Source: Chiloscyllium plagiosum
Taxonomy: Eukaryota
Reading direction: 5' to 3'
Length of the DNA: 64,000 nt
Assembly: GCF_004010195.1 (NCBI RefSeq)
Contig: NC_057718.1
Location: 35,187,777 to 35,251,776 of the forward strand
Of the stretch, positions 12,850-26,476 are shown piece by piece. A program made the translations under genes and the position numbers. Each line of letters opens with the position of its first letter. Position 1 is the stretch's first letter. The notes under the pieces were generated by a model. The model was not told the DNA's origin, searched no databases, and saw only the letters and a list, made by a program, of their open reading frames with translations.

Positions 12850-14735
12850 CAAGACAGGACTACTTACACACCAGATGACATAAGCAGCATGCAATAGACA
12901 GAACTAAGTGATCCCACAATCAGCCTAACAGATCAAAGGTCTGCCACATCCAGCTGTTCATTGGCCAGCAGCCAGTGGATAGTTAAACAACTAATAGGAG
13001 AAGGAGCTTCCACAAGTATCCCCCTCCTCAATGTTAAGCCAGCACATCAATGTGAAAGACAAGGCTGAAGCAATTGCAACCAACTTCAGCTGAAGTGCTG
13101 AGTGCATGATCCATCTCTGTCTCCCATTTATCTCTCAGTCCCCTGGCCTACAAGCCTCATTCCTGATGAAGGGTTTATTCCCGAAACATCGATTCTCCTA
13201 CTCCTCGGATTCTGCTTGACCTGCCGTGCTTTCCCGCACCACACTCTCAACTCTGATCTCTAGCATCTGCAGTGCCCACTTTCTCCTCCTCCTGAGGTCA
13301 CCAGCTTCACAGATGCCAGTCTCCAACCAGTTTGATTCACTCCACATGATATGAAGAATCAAATGAAGGCATTGGAAATTGTAAATGCAAAGTACCCAGA
13401 CAATATTGAAGCAAAAATACTGCAAACTTGTGCTCCGGAATTAGCTCTATCCTTGACCAAGCTACTGCAGTAGAGCTTCAATATTGGCATAGACCCAGCA
13501 ATGTGGAAAATTGTCAAGCTATGTCTCTTCTACAAAAAGGAGGACAAATCCAATCTGGACAATTATTACCCATTCTTGATCATCGGCAATATGATAGGTT
13601 ATTGTCAATGGTTATGCCAAATGGCACTTACTAAAATATAACCTGACCACTGTGCTCAGTTTGAGTTCTGCTGGAGCCACGCAGCTCCTGAATTCATTAC
13701 AACTGTAGTCCTTAACCTCCAGATGTCAGATGACAGTGACTGCCCTTGACATTAAGTTTTTAACTAAGTATGGCATCAAGGAGCCCTAGAAAAACTAAAG
13801 TCAATGGGAATCTAGGAGGTAACTCTCCACGGTTTTAAGTCAGACTTAGCAAAAGGGGAGGTAATTATGTTTGCTAGCAATCAATCTTTTCAGACACAGG
13901 ACATCACTGCAGAAGTGCTTCAGGGTAGTATCTGAGGTCCAACTATCTTCAGCTATTTCATCAAAGACCTTCCCTCCATCGTAAGGTCAGAAGTGATTGC
14001 GCATGATCAGCACCATTTTTGACAGTTCAGAGACTGAAGCAGTTTACGTCCATAAGCAGCTTGGGCTGATCGGTGGCAAGTGACATTTCTATCAATGATT
14101 GTCTCCAGCAAGAGAGAAGCTAACCATCTTCTCATGACATTCAATGGCATCTTCACTGAATCCACTGTTATCTACATCCTTAGCATTGACCAGAAACTGA
14201 ATTAGACCAGCTATATAAATACTGCAAGGCACACATTAGGAGTGTGATGGAATACTCCACATTTGCCTGGATGAATGAAGGGTCAGCAAAACTCAAGAAG
14301 ACCAGCACTATCCAGGATAATAAGTCTGCTTGATTGGCAACCCATCCAATACCATCAACACTCTCAGCCTGAACCTCTTAATACACATTGGCAGCACTGC
14401 ATACTATCTGCAAGATACACTGCAGAATCTCACCAAAGCTCTTTTGACAGGACCTTTGAAACACACAATCTCTACCACATGGAAGGACAAGGGAGGTAGT
14501 AAACCAACAGCAGGTTTCCCTCCATGCCACAGACCATTCTGACTCAGAACTATATAATCGTTCCTTCAGTGTTGACGAGTCAAAGTCCCAGAACCCCATA
14601 TCTAACAGCTCTAAGATGTACATACCTGCCATGGATTGCATCAGTTGAAGGCTACCTCCTCATGGACAATTACAGAGGAATAAATGCTGGCCCAGTCAAT
14701 AACATCTATATCCTATGAGCAAATTTTAAAAAAGA
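12850..14735 (+). mobile_element. CR1/L2-group LINE ORF2 remnant with 3' UTR (partner of the SacSINE-like family)
   Basis: Degenerate VTALDIK...VWHQGALEKLKSMGI (~13736-13812) and ITAEVLQGSI*GPTIFSYFIKDLP (~13903-13975). 3' end aataaatgctggcc followed by an A-run. Confidence 0.85.
13120..13288 (+). mobile_element. Penelope-like pLTR fragment (family A) nested in the LINE, with HHR motif
   Basis: CTGATGA (13163-13169)-a-GGG-tttatt-CCC-GAAAC-ATC, followed by the family A end gcatctgcagtgcccactttctcc. Confidence 0.85.
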
Positions 14736-14784
14736 GAATTAGTAGAAGGAACAAAGTTTACAGATATATGAATCTCAAAACATT

Positions 14785-15350
14785 TGTATGCAGATACAGC
14801 AAGTGATTAGAAAAGCAAATGGGAAGTTAACATCTATTGCAAAGTGAATGGAATATAAAGGTAGTCTTTACTATAACTCTGGAATACCATGTACAGATTT
14901 CATCTCATTATTTGAGAAAAGATAAATTGCATTAGAACAATCCAGAGATTGTTCACTTGACTTATTCCTAGAAAAAGAGCTTATCTTACAAAGAAGAGCT
15001 GAATCACATCCATTGGAGTTTAGAACAATGAGGGGTGATCTAATTGAAACATGTATAATATTGAGAGAATTTATGTTCACTCATGTCTGAGAGTTTAGAG
15101 CTAGGGATACAGTTTAAGAGAAAGGAATATCTCTTTTAATATGGAGATTGGGAGAAATTTGATCTTTCAAAGAGTCACAGAAAGCAAATGACACTGGGTC
15201 TTTTAATTTATTCCAGGCTGAGTTTGAAAATATTTGATAGACAAGCGAGTCAAGTGTTAATGGCTTGAAGATGGGAGAGTGGAAATGAAACCCCCACCAG
15301 AATAACCACAATCTCATCAACTGGGCATAGCATGATGAAAGGATTTACTA
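14785..15350 (+). mobile_element. Old CR1 3' fragment
   Basis: Degenerate QQVIRKANG, ctggaatacc, gaggggtgatctaattgaaacatgtataa (RGDLIETC) and CR1-like 3' UTR. Confidence 0.75.
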
Positions 15351-15829
15351 TGTGCCTTTGTTCCTCTGACATCAAACCTCAAATAAACAATCATGTGGAT
15401 AATAGTTTTGGTGGTAGTTGAACAAAGGTAGGGATGAAGATTAATAATATCACAGAGGGAGTTAAACACAGTTGGTAAAAGATATGATGTTTGAAGTTCA
15501 ACTATAGATCAAGCATAATGCCAACATTGAATGAGTGAGCATCCAGAAAATGGAACTTATGGAAAAAGTGTGTCAGTTTTGACAGATAACAAAATCAAAT
15601 TGTAGGAGCTTGGCTCATTTGTGACAGCCTGAGAACACAGGTGTTTATTAATTTTTGGAGTGGACCACCTAAGCACTGCCAAGACACATGTAGAAATTAA
15701 TCCCAACATCATACCTTTGTCTCTACTCAGGAGTATCTATTTAATAAACAGATTATAACCAAGCATTGATAGTTGGAAAACTCTAGATGTGGCTACAAAG
15801 GTGAATCAATTCTGGAAGCAAACTGGATG

Positions 15830-16070
15830 AGTTTCATCGGTCATATGGAGCACTTTGGAAAGGTCAAGGAGGAATAGCAGTCCATGGTTGCAGTTATGGA
15901 TAAATCAGTAGTGACTTTGATGATGATTATCCTAGAGCTGTGACCAGAGCGGAAATTAGATGAAAATGTTTTGATCCAAAAGGTGTGGTGGATAATAACT
16001 GAGAGGTTATGACATTCAACAGCCAGGGATAAGACTGGTTGCTAGTCAAAAGGGATGGATGAACATGGCT
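15830..16070 (-). mobile_element. L2-like RT remnant
   Basis: Minus strand gives IIKVTTD...LLFLLDLSK, resembling the L2 motif LVKVTND...LLLLDLSAAFD. Confidence 0.45.
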
Positions 16071-17309
16071 TGACTTCTGAAGAGGACAAACTTTCCTTCT
16101 TTCCTTCAAAGTCCCCAAACAGCAGGAGCCCTAAATAATAACCAAAATAAATACTTACTTGGAAATGAAGTGTTAAATTTTTTTGGATCATCACCTATTT
16201 TGTAAGTGGCCTTGAAGCAGATCACAAAATGTGTTTATCTTTGTCTACTGAAATACTTTACCAAATGGAGGAACTCAGTTATAAGAGGACTTAATGATGC
16301 TGATATCAGCAGCAACATAACAAGGCATTTAAGTGGGCATTAATTGTCCAGTTAAGGTCTTCAGTAGATACTGTCAGGTCTATGCACTTTCTTGTCTAAG
16401 ACTTTATCAGGATGTGAGTGGAAAAGCAATGTTTCTTCCAAGCATTACCCTCCACCTGATTAAGTGCCCTTTCTGCTACCAACCCTCTTCTGGGGACTGT
16501 ATAGCATTCTGACTATTAAAACAATTATAAAGAACGTAAGACTATGCTAGATGCTTACAGCAACAAATTGCCACAAGTTACACATACAGAGGGGTATTGT
16601 TGCACATTTAATATCTGATGGGAAAGCATAGGATTCTGAGAGAAGGGGAAAAGCAAAGATAGACAAAGTCAGAATAAGGGACCCAAGGTTGAGTTAATAA
16701 AAGAAAATGTTTGGAGAGGTTTTTAAAGACAGAACGTAAGATTATAAAGTAAAGGGAGTTGAGGGTGGAAAAGAATGTAGAACGAAACTAGCACTCACCA
16801 TAAGAACCTGGGAAAACCTTCAATTGTTTGCCTCTATTGCCAAGTGAAAATAAACGTTTTACGTCAATTGCTTGCACACACTTGGGACACCTGCTCAAAA
16901 AGTTAGGATGGTTATTATGATTTTTTTTGTTTTTGTGATTCATTCTATTTTTAGAGATTCCAAGGTAATTGGAATAAAAGCAATTCTTCTCTTGCTGTGC
17001 AGCACTTTCTTCAGAGTTTGAATGTAAAATAGAAAGATCTTTTTGAATGCCAATGCTATATTAAAGAAATTCAGCAACAAATGCAATTTAGAGGAGGAAA
17101 CTTTGGAATAACATAATTGTTTCTTTGTAATGACAATAAGCACCCGGTGAATGTGCAATAAAACGTGTTCATTTATTTGGGTAATTTAACTAACTCATGT
17201 CAACCTCTCTAGCTTTGTGGATAATTTGAAAACAAGCATTTTGCGATTCTAGTGTTTTGGCTTTTCAAATAATGGCATTACTTGCACTGTGAGCCACATT
17301 AATGATGAT

Positions 17310-17955
17310 TTTCAATGGCATTACCATGAATAATCAATATCATTAACTTGGGTGTTGCTATTGATTAAAAATACTGTGACTCTAGCAGCAGGTCAAATCC
17401 TGTGAATTCTGCAGTGAGTAACTCACTTCTTAATTCCCTAAAGTTAAGGCACAAGTCGGGAGTGTAATGGAATACTTTCCACTCAGTCTGGATGGATACA
17501 GCTCCAACACTGGAGAAGTTCAAGCCAATCCAGAACAAAAGCAGCCCATTTGATTCGCACCCCAACCTTCACTTTAAACATGCGCAGTGGCATCAGTGTG
17601 CACCATGTATAAAATACACTGCAGCAACTTACCAAGGCTCCTTTGACAGCACCTTCCAACTGGACAACCTCCATCCTTAGAGTTACATGGGCAGCTGATA
17701 TATGGGAACACCACTGACTGCAAGTTCTCCTCCAAACCACACACCATCTTGGCGTGAAACTATATCACTGTTCCTCCACTGCTGCTGGGTCACAATCATG
17801 GAACTGCCCTCGAACAGTACAGTGGGTGTACTCACAGCACATGGACAGCAATGGTTCAAAAGAACAGTTCACCACCATTTTCTCAAGGACATTAGAGTTG
17901 GACAATAAACATGGAATTTGCCAATACTGCTGGAAAAACATGAAAGAATAAAATA
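17310..17955 (+). mobile_element. LINE 3' fragment, same family as 12850-14735
   Basis: Colinear with 14140-14730 (ggagtgtaatggaatact, cactgcagcaact, caataaa tail). Confidence 0.8.
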
Positions 17956-19019
17956 ATACTTTGAAGGTTTGGAACCAGATGGTAACCCTTTAACTCTATA
18001 GCTATCTTCAGTTTCAAAAATAAATAACATTGCTGCAAGAATTATTTATTGTTTTGCAGCCAACAATCACCAGAGCAGCTTCTCGTCTTTTGTAGATGGC
18101 AGTCCCTTCAATCGGGCCCTGACAGGGCACTTGAGTTAAAGGTGCATTTACACAGTGTGGCTAGGTAAGTTTCCACAGCATTCATATGCTGAAGCTGGAG
18201 GGTAAATAGAAATTCAGGTTATAGAAAGGTCACAGTGAAGCAGATGTCCCAGGAACTGAAGGTTTCAAGTATGAACTTTAGAACCCAGCCTACAAGCTTC
18301 AAAAAGAGCACAGGACAGATGCATTGCTGCAACTCTGCTGACAAAGCAGGTAAAAGCTAAACAAAAATATTTGATCAATTGGCTTTCCTCCTGGGGAGAA
18401 TATAGAATTGTGTGTGTGATTGCACATTCATCACGATAACATTTCATTGGAGACCTTGCATCATCCAAACTCAGAATCTCAGCTTGTGGCCTTTATGGCG
18501 CCAATGTTAAGGAAGCCAAAAGGGTTTAAAGAGATTAGGAAGAAGTTAACAGCAGGATTTTGTTAATTTTCTGTTTCCATTTGGACCAGTTGACCAGCTG
18601 CAGGGCGGGAAACCCAGTCCTCCAGCAGAGTGATTGAGCAACGGAAAACATTTGAGAAAGATTGGCAACTCCAGAACGCATTGTGCCAGCTGCTCAAGAC
18701 TCAAAATAAAGGAATGATTCAGGATGTAGTAGGATTTTGGACTCTACACGGCACATACACTGAAGTTTGCAGAATTGCTATGTTCCAGCATTTACTCAGG
18801 CAGAAGAGTGGTGTGTGGAGAATTAAATCCATTAAGTTATTACTACCCTCTTGAGGACTGTTTCCAGGCAGTAATGGTCCTAGTCGTAGGTAAGAGACTC
18901 AACATGTAGGGGATATGCCAGCTCCTGGAGATTCCCATGTTCAAAGGCATCCAGTGCTGAATTGAGGAACCTATTTTATGACTCGCTGGGAAGAGTGTGC
19001 TAATACTCACGCTCTACCT

Positions 19020-21920
19020 TTCCACAAGCCACCACATAATGTACGCTTCTCAACCTCTGATATTCTAGCAAAAATAAAACAAATTTGTCCAACCTCTCCT
19101 TATAGATAATACACTCCAGTCAAGGTACCATCCTGGTAAACCTATTTTACACCATCTCCAAAGACTCCACATCCTTCTTATAGTATGGCAATCAGAACAG
19201 CACATAATACTCTAAATGTGTCCTAATAAATGTTCTATACAGCTGCAATATGACTTATCAACTTTTATACTCATTGCCTTGATTGATAAAGACAAGCATG
19301 ATGTATTCTTTCTTTACCACCTCATCTGCTTGTGTTGCCACTTTCATGGAGCTATGGACTTGCATCCCAAGGTCCCTCTGTATATCAATGCTCCTAAGGG
19401 TCCTGTCATTCACTGTATACTTTCTTCATGCATTTGACCTCCAAAATTAATCACCTCACCCTTGACTGGATTAAACTCCATTTGCCATTTCTCTGCCTAA
19501 TTTCCAACTGATCTATATCCTGCTGTATCTTTTGACAACCTTCCTCACTATCCACAACTCTGCCAACTTTTGTGTTGACTGCAAACTTACTAATCAGACC
19601 ACCTACATTTTCATCCAATTTATCATCCATTTATATTTATAACAAACAACATAGATCCCAATACTGATCCTTGAGAAACACCACTGGTCACAGACGTCTA
19701 GTCAGAAAACACCCCTCTACAACTACCCCCTGTCTTGTATGACCAAGCCAATTTTATATCCACATACCAACTCACCATGGATCCCATGTGACTTAATCTT
19801 CTGGACCAGCCTACTATGAAGGAACTTGTCAAATGTTTTGTAAATCCACGTAGACAACATCCACTGCCCTACCCTCATCAATCATCTTCATCATTTCCTC
19901 AATAAAATTTATGAGATAGGATCTTCCCCACACAAAGCCACTCTGACTATTCCGAACAATCCATTCAGTTCCAAGCATCAGCAAAACCTGTCCCTAAAAG
20001 TCTTCTCCAATAATTTCCTTATCAATGATGGAAGGCTCACCGGCCTAAAATTTCCTGAATTGTCCATGTTGCTCTTCTTAAACAAAGGAACAAAATTGGC
20101 TATTCTCTAGTCTTTTGGGACATTGCCTATAACTAAACAAGATACAGAGATCACTGTCAAGTCCCCAACAATCTCCTCCCTTGCCTCCCTCAGTACCCTG
20201 GGATAGATCCCATCAAACTAGGGTCTCATCTACCTTAATGGTTTTCAAGACATCCAAAACTTTCTTTTTCTTGATATTGTCATGCTCCATATTATCAACA
20301 TAACCATCCCTAACCTTAGCATCCTCTATATCCTATTTCTTGGCGAATACCAATACAAAGTATTCATTAAGGACCTCGCCCACTTTCTCTGGCTCCACGT
20401 ATAAATTGCCTCATTTGACCTTGAGTTGGCCATCCCTTTCCCTAGTTATGTCCTTTGCTCCAAACATATGTATAAAATGCCTTGGGATTCTCTTTAATCC
20501 TACTTGCCAATGACATTTCAAGGTCCCTTTTAGCCTTCCTAATTCCTGGTTTACGTTCTTTCCTGTCTCCTTTATATTCCACAAGGGCCTTGTCTGATGC
20601 CACTCTCTTAAACATTACACATGCTTCTTTTCAGGAAACTTTCAATATCTCTTGTCATCCATGGTTCCTGAATCTTGCCATCATTATCTTTCATCCTCAC
20701 AGGAACATGCTGATCCCAAACTCTGATCAACTGGTCTTTAAAAGATTTACACATGTCAGATGTGGATTTACCCTCAAACAGCCACACCCCAATCTAACTT
20801 CTCCAGTTCCTGCCAAAACTGTTATAACTAGCCTTCTCCCTATTTAGCACTTTCACTGGAGAACCAGTGTCATTTTTATGCATAACTATCAAAACATATA
20901 GAATTATGATCACTGTTCCCAAAATGTTCCTTCACTAAAATTTCAATTACCCAACCAGGCTCATTCCCTAACACAAGGTCTAGTATGGCCCCTTCCCTGG
21001 TTGGACTATCTACATCTGCTGAAAATGTGTTGCTGGAAAAGCGCAGCAGGTCAGGCAGCATCCAAGGAACAGGAGAATCGACGTTTCGGGCATAAGCCCT
21101 TCTTTCGGGCTTATGCCCGAAACGTCGATTCTCCTGTTCCTTGGATGCTGCCTGACCTACTGCGCTTTTCCAGCAACACATTTTCAGCTCTGATCTCCAG
21201 CATCTGCAGCCCTCACTTTCTCCTGGACTATCTACATGTTGTTTCAAGATGCCCTCTTGGATGTACATCATGAATTCTGCCCCATCTAAGCCCTTGGCAC
21301 GAAGGGAGTCCCCGTCAATATTGGGGAAGTTAAATCACAACAACAATCCTGTTGTTTTTGCATGATCTGGTCCTCTATCTCCTGCTGGCTATTGGGAGGC
21401 CTATAGTATAACGCCATCATAGCAATGAACCTATTTGGCCTCACTGGATGAGCTGTCCAACCTCTCTTTGTTCAGCTGTGATATTCTCCTTGATCAGTAA
21501 TGGACCCTTCCCCTTCCCCCCATCCTTTTTATATGTCTACCACGCCTGAAATGTCTAAATCCTGGAGCTACTAGTCCTGCCTTTCAGTCAGGTTCTTGTA
21601 ATGGCTACCAGATCATAGTCCCATGTACTAATCCAAGCTCTAAGTTCATCTGCCTTACCTGTTATACTTCTTGCATTAAAATAAATTCACTTCAGACCGT
21701 CAGTACCACCATGTTCATTAACCTGGCCCTGCCTGTTTTTCCTATTAAACTTATTTGATTTAACCTCTAACTTCTCCTCAACCCCTGCACATGATGGCCA
21801 CCAGCTCTGGTTTCCACCTCCCTGACACATTAGTTTAAACTCTCCTGAGTGGCACTAGCAAACCTCCCTGTAAGGATATTGCTAGCCCTTCAATTTAGGT
21901 GCAACCCATCCTTCTTTTTG
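19020..21920 (-). mobile_element. Older CR1 LINE spanning the endonuclease and RT regions
   Basis: PTREGAILDLVLGNE and GNSDH (APE endonuclease) near 20900-21015; degenerate RT motifs near 19570-19950. Confidence 0.9.
21016..21223. mobile_element. Palindromic Penelope-like insertion (family A) inside the CR1 endonuclease region, 14-bp TSD
   Basis: 82-bp arms 21018-21099 and 21107-21188, one mismatch, then a 35-nt tail. TSD tggactatctacat at 21002-21015 and 21224-21237. Confidence 0.92.
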
Positions 21921-23032
21921 AGGTCCCTCCACCATTGGCCTTTCCACCTCTCCTCAGGCAGTGTGTGTATTCTGCCAGCTCGAGAGCACCAAGTTATTGG
22001 GACTCCTGACACTTCCAATAAATCCAGCTCCTTATTTTCCTGTCAGCAGGCTGACTTGAAGCATTCAATGTCTGTGCACTGGCCTGGTGTTAGTGAAAAT
22101 CCATCCTCAAAATGTTGGGGACTCCTATCAGAGCAGTCGGGCGATTTGTTGTGTTCCACTCAACATGCTTCGCTGGGTGGCCCAAACCCTGGGATGGGTG
22201 AGGGGTGTTGAAATCTACCACTTTGTCTTGACCTATCACTGGTTTAGTATCAGAGACTAGAGGATAATGAAACTTACAAGCAGATCATATTTATAATACT
22301 CAAACTGATTAATTATAATCTAAAGTGTGACTGCATTCTAGTTGCCAGTTAATAATTTGAAATGCTATACATTATTGCAGAAGACTGCAAGAAGCTATTT
22401 TGAAGTCTAAATATTGTCTATTCATTTATAAAGCATTGGATCAGCTCATGAAGTTGATTTTTTTTGTAATCTGCATATAGCTTTCATAAAAACTTCACAA
22501 TCTCTCAAATTTATTTATCACTAATATATTGACCCATTTGAAACACAGGAGGTCTCTGTTATAGATATCTAAATTTGAAACATTCCCATGATAGCAATGA
22601 ACAAAGCACTCCTTCCTCTCAGGGAAATTCCTGGACACTCACTCCCAAAAGCCTGGTGCAGCATAGAACTCACTGGAAAAACAGGAAGCACATGGGATTG
22701 CCAGATACAGCGAATTAACTTTAACTCTGAGACTGCTAATAATACCAACCTTAAAAAAACACACACAGGCAGAAAAGAGACCACTTATATATTTTTCTGC
22801 CTAAGGTGGGACAATTACAGATGATAATAACCACTTCAACTCCATCTTGACATATGTACAAAGGAAGAAATTTAGTTGTACAATTTTAGTGAAGTATTTT
22901 CTTTAAAGTATCGAGGAAAAAAATGACTACCTTAATTGATTGTGAGAAAGAAACAGATTCACCTCCTTTATCTTAAAGTTTCTACTGCGACTTCCTAAAT
23001 CATTAGTAGGTAAAATATGCCACACATATAAT

Positions 23033-23293
23033 GAGATTAGATTACTTACAGTGTGGAAACAGGTCCTTCGGCCCAACAAGTCCACACCGACCCGCCACCC
23101 AGACCCATTCCCCTACAGTCAATTTAGCCTGGCCAATTCATCTAACCTGCACATTTTTGGATTGTGGGAGGAAACCAGAGCACACTCACAGGGAGAATGT
23201 GCAAACTCCACACAGAGAGTCACCTGAGGCAGGAATTGAACCCGGGTCGCTGGCGCTGTGAGGCAGCAGTGCTAACCACTGTGCCACCGTGCC
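23033..23293 (-). mobile_element. HE1-type V-SINE
   Basis: Minus strand: ggcacagtggttagc A box, ggttcaattcc B box, V-domain gtggagtttgcacattctcc, CR1-like tail and taatc repeats. Confidence 0.9.
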
Positions 23294-23514
23294 ATGAGGT
23301 TACATGTTCAAAAGGTACAACTTCAACCGTTAGCCTTTACTGAGTTGGTTGATGTTATCAGTGAAATAGAAAATTGGCATCAGCATCCTTGGATTTGTGT
23401 TAAATTTAATTGACACAGTGGTTTCTCCATCTAATGGCAACAGAGCTGGTGCCAGTTCTTCCAAGCCCAATGCTTGGAGCCTGGATGAGACGTGGAGTGG
23501 TGTCCTGTCTGACC

Positions 23515-23725
23515 AATGGTGATCACGTAACCACTGTCTGAGTGTTGTAAAAGCCCATCTGGGTTCACTAATGCCCTTTTAGGAAGGAAACCTACCATCC
23601 TTACCCAGTCTGGCCAACATGTGAATCCAGATGCACAGCAACGTGGTTGACTCTCTATTAGAAATAGTCAATAATTGCTGGCCTAGCCAGAGACACTCAA
23701 AGCCAAGAATTTAGAGGGAAAAAAA
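23515..23725 (+). mobile_element. SacSINE-like SINE, 3' half
   Basis: catctgggttcactaatgcccttttaggaaggaaacctaccatccttacc matches 4331-4380. Confidence 0.75.
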
Positions 23726-26177
23726 GAGTAAGTTTAACCTGCCACACCTTGGACTAACTGAAGGTAGCAAATTGGAATCTCCACCCCATGCCTTCCTGTC
23801 ACTCCATCATATCCCTATCCCCACTTCACTCACACACCCAGCCCCTTGGCCTGCTCCCAGGTCTTGTTGAGGCAATAAAATGTTGTGGGACACCAAATCG
23901 TTGCACTGAGTTCTCAATTCCCAGTTCTAATAAGAATTCAGTCTTCAGCTGAAAGGATATTCACGCCTGGGTGGGATCAGGCTCTGGTGTGAAGCTCTCT
24001 CTGGTCAAACAGCCTCTTCAGCCTTGTTGTGCATGAAAAACAGCCACTTGGGCAAGGCATCAGAAACAGTATGGCGCCATACAGTGGCAGAATAAGTGAT
24101 GCCCTGAGGAGGGAAAAGGGACAAAAATAATCTTCTAGCTTGCGCTTCAATCAAATTTTAGTCCTTCAAGACATTTTCATAGCTTCTAAACTATTGCCTT
24201 TGACACAATTGCAACACTCAAATTCAAAATGAATCATTTTATCCTGATGACTAAAACACATCTATTAGCTTTTGCAGGGGCCATCCTGCTTTAAAAAAGA
24301 ATCTGCTGAATGAATTCATCAAAAAAGATCAAAAATTAAATTCAACAAATGTTTCAAAGTGAAATGTCAAAAATATGTATTCAATCTTCAGCAAAGCACA
24401 AGGGTTAAAATCGATATTTCAGTTTGACCTTGCACAGACCTCAGTCATAAGACGGAGGTCTTGGCAGGGCCTGTGGATCCCATGTTGGGAAAACACAGTG
24501 GAACTGCTGGAATTAAAATTATATGAGTTGGAATGCAGCATCAGCAGCTGGCCAAGCACTTTCTGAAAGGCACAGTTATTCTAAATAGTATAAAAATATA
24601 CAGCCATCTTGGGAATTTTCTCTCTTTCTCTCTTCCCTTTAAACCTCTTTGCAATTAAACTAAACTCCTAGACACCACTGGAATTTCTTGGAATCAATGC
24701 TCACAGCCAGTCCTGCTCTCTTCAATGTCTGATTTAGACTAAACTGGTGCCCAGTGAACTTCGCCTCCTGAAAACTAACTGTATTAACTATCAATAAAAG
24801 TAGGATCTTTTGAGTGTGAGGGAATAATGTTGAGCATTTATTTTAGTTTGCATTTCTTTAAGTTGGCATATTGAAGCAGATATTTTTATCCATCTATTAT
24901 TTGTTAAAATGAATGAGAGGAATTCTCTCTGCTTTTTGGATGCATGTTCTGTGTTAAACAATTGTTTGCAGATGACTACTTTTCACACAAAACATGTTAA
25001 ATGTGTGTTCCATACATTTTGACCAAACTAATGGGAACTACGATAGCCTTCAGATGGCTTCTTTGTCCCTCCCAAAACCACAAGGCTATGTGGCATAGAG
25101 CATTGAATGACTTTTGATTCAGCCTTTCAAAATGTTAAATACTCTTGTGACACTGCAAATCCTCAAATGGATTCACATCTTTTGATCTTAAGTTGCTGGT
25201 TGATGGTGGTGGTGGGTGGTGTAAGGAAAACAGTCATGGTACCATGGCCAGTGAAATTCATCAACTTTATTTTCATCTTGCTTCTTAAGAGCAGTGTCAC
25301 ATGCAGTCTGTACAGTCTATTACAAAATGCAATCATTCTTTTACCAGTGTTAAATAACAAGATAATTGTAAATGAAAAATTCTGTGTGGTTGTAAGTACA
25401 GTCTAACAAAGAGAACGTCTATACTCTCAAGAAAATAAATGGAACTCAAAAATATCATTTCCCTTGAAACATTTGGATAAATGGATTGCATAGTATGCTT
25501 GGCCCAAAGCCATTTGAAGCAGGAAGGTTCTAAGCCTGATCTGGTATCTTTACTGAGTCAGATCCTCAGTGTCTCCAGGCTAGGGTGGAGAAAACATAGG
25601 CGTACTTCCTGCTTCAGATTGATCTCCAGTGACCCCTGCTGGAGATTTTTATTTGTGCAACTGCCTGACTCTTCAGAATGAGAGAAATATTCCTCTTGCA
25701 ACATTATCAGCTAGGCTGTTAACGGTGACTGTCCCTGTTCATACTTAGACAATCACCATTAAAGTATCGTGTTTTATGGTCACTGTGGCAAGTTTAAAAA
25801 AATCCCTCACATGGGATTCTGTGGTCAGGAGAAACGAAGCAAATTTAAGGAATAGTTAACCAAACAGCAGTCTATTTGAGATGAAAGTCTCGCTTTAGTG
25901 ATGTACCACCAATAAATAACCAACTTGTACCTCACATTGCTTTATCTTTTTCTTATTTGTGTTCTTGTTTGCAAACATGGGATGGAAATAACATAAATAT
26001 TGTTGAGTTTGTGCCCAAAGTGACATTGAATAAGGTCTGATGTTACACTCTGAGTTTGAAACAACCTGAGGACAGAAACTCAAAATCCAAGAGGAATGCC
26101 AACCAGATCATAAGTAACACAGGAAGCAAGAAGTGCAAAGGTCAAGTAAAAAGAATTAATTGCTTGGTGGTATAGCT

Positions 26178-26410
26178 AAAAAGAGACACTAAATCAATGC
26201 TTTTTGTCTTGCTCTCATCAGGGCTGAGAAGTGAAAAACCAAATTTTGAAAGAGAACTTCAATTTTTACACGGAGAGGAGCTTAATGGTCCACCCCATCA
26301 GCACTATTGTCTTGTGCTTTAGAAATTGGTATTCCTTTTCAAAGTTTGGTTTCTTGGGTATCACTTCTGATGAGTGCAAGACAAAAAGCTTTGACTTAAT
26401 GTCTATTTTG
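26178..26410. mobile_element. Inverted-repeat element with an HHR-like core in each arm (putative PLE family D)
   Basis: aaaagagacactaaatcaatgctttttgtcttgctctcatcagg mirrors ctgatgagtgcaagacaaaaagctttgacttaatgtctatttt. Inner arms aaccaaattttgaaag and ttttcaaagtttggtt. Confidence 0.7.
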
Positions 26411-26476
26411 ACATTTAGGTACCAACTATTGAATATGTTCAACTCAATACTAGCATTTCATCCAAGGTTATAATTA

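Noticed and set aside
20876..21273. Overlapping ORFs on both strands with the same peptide (CCWKSA.GQAASKEQENRRFG)
   Set aside because: Consequence of the DNA palindrome, not coding.
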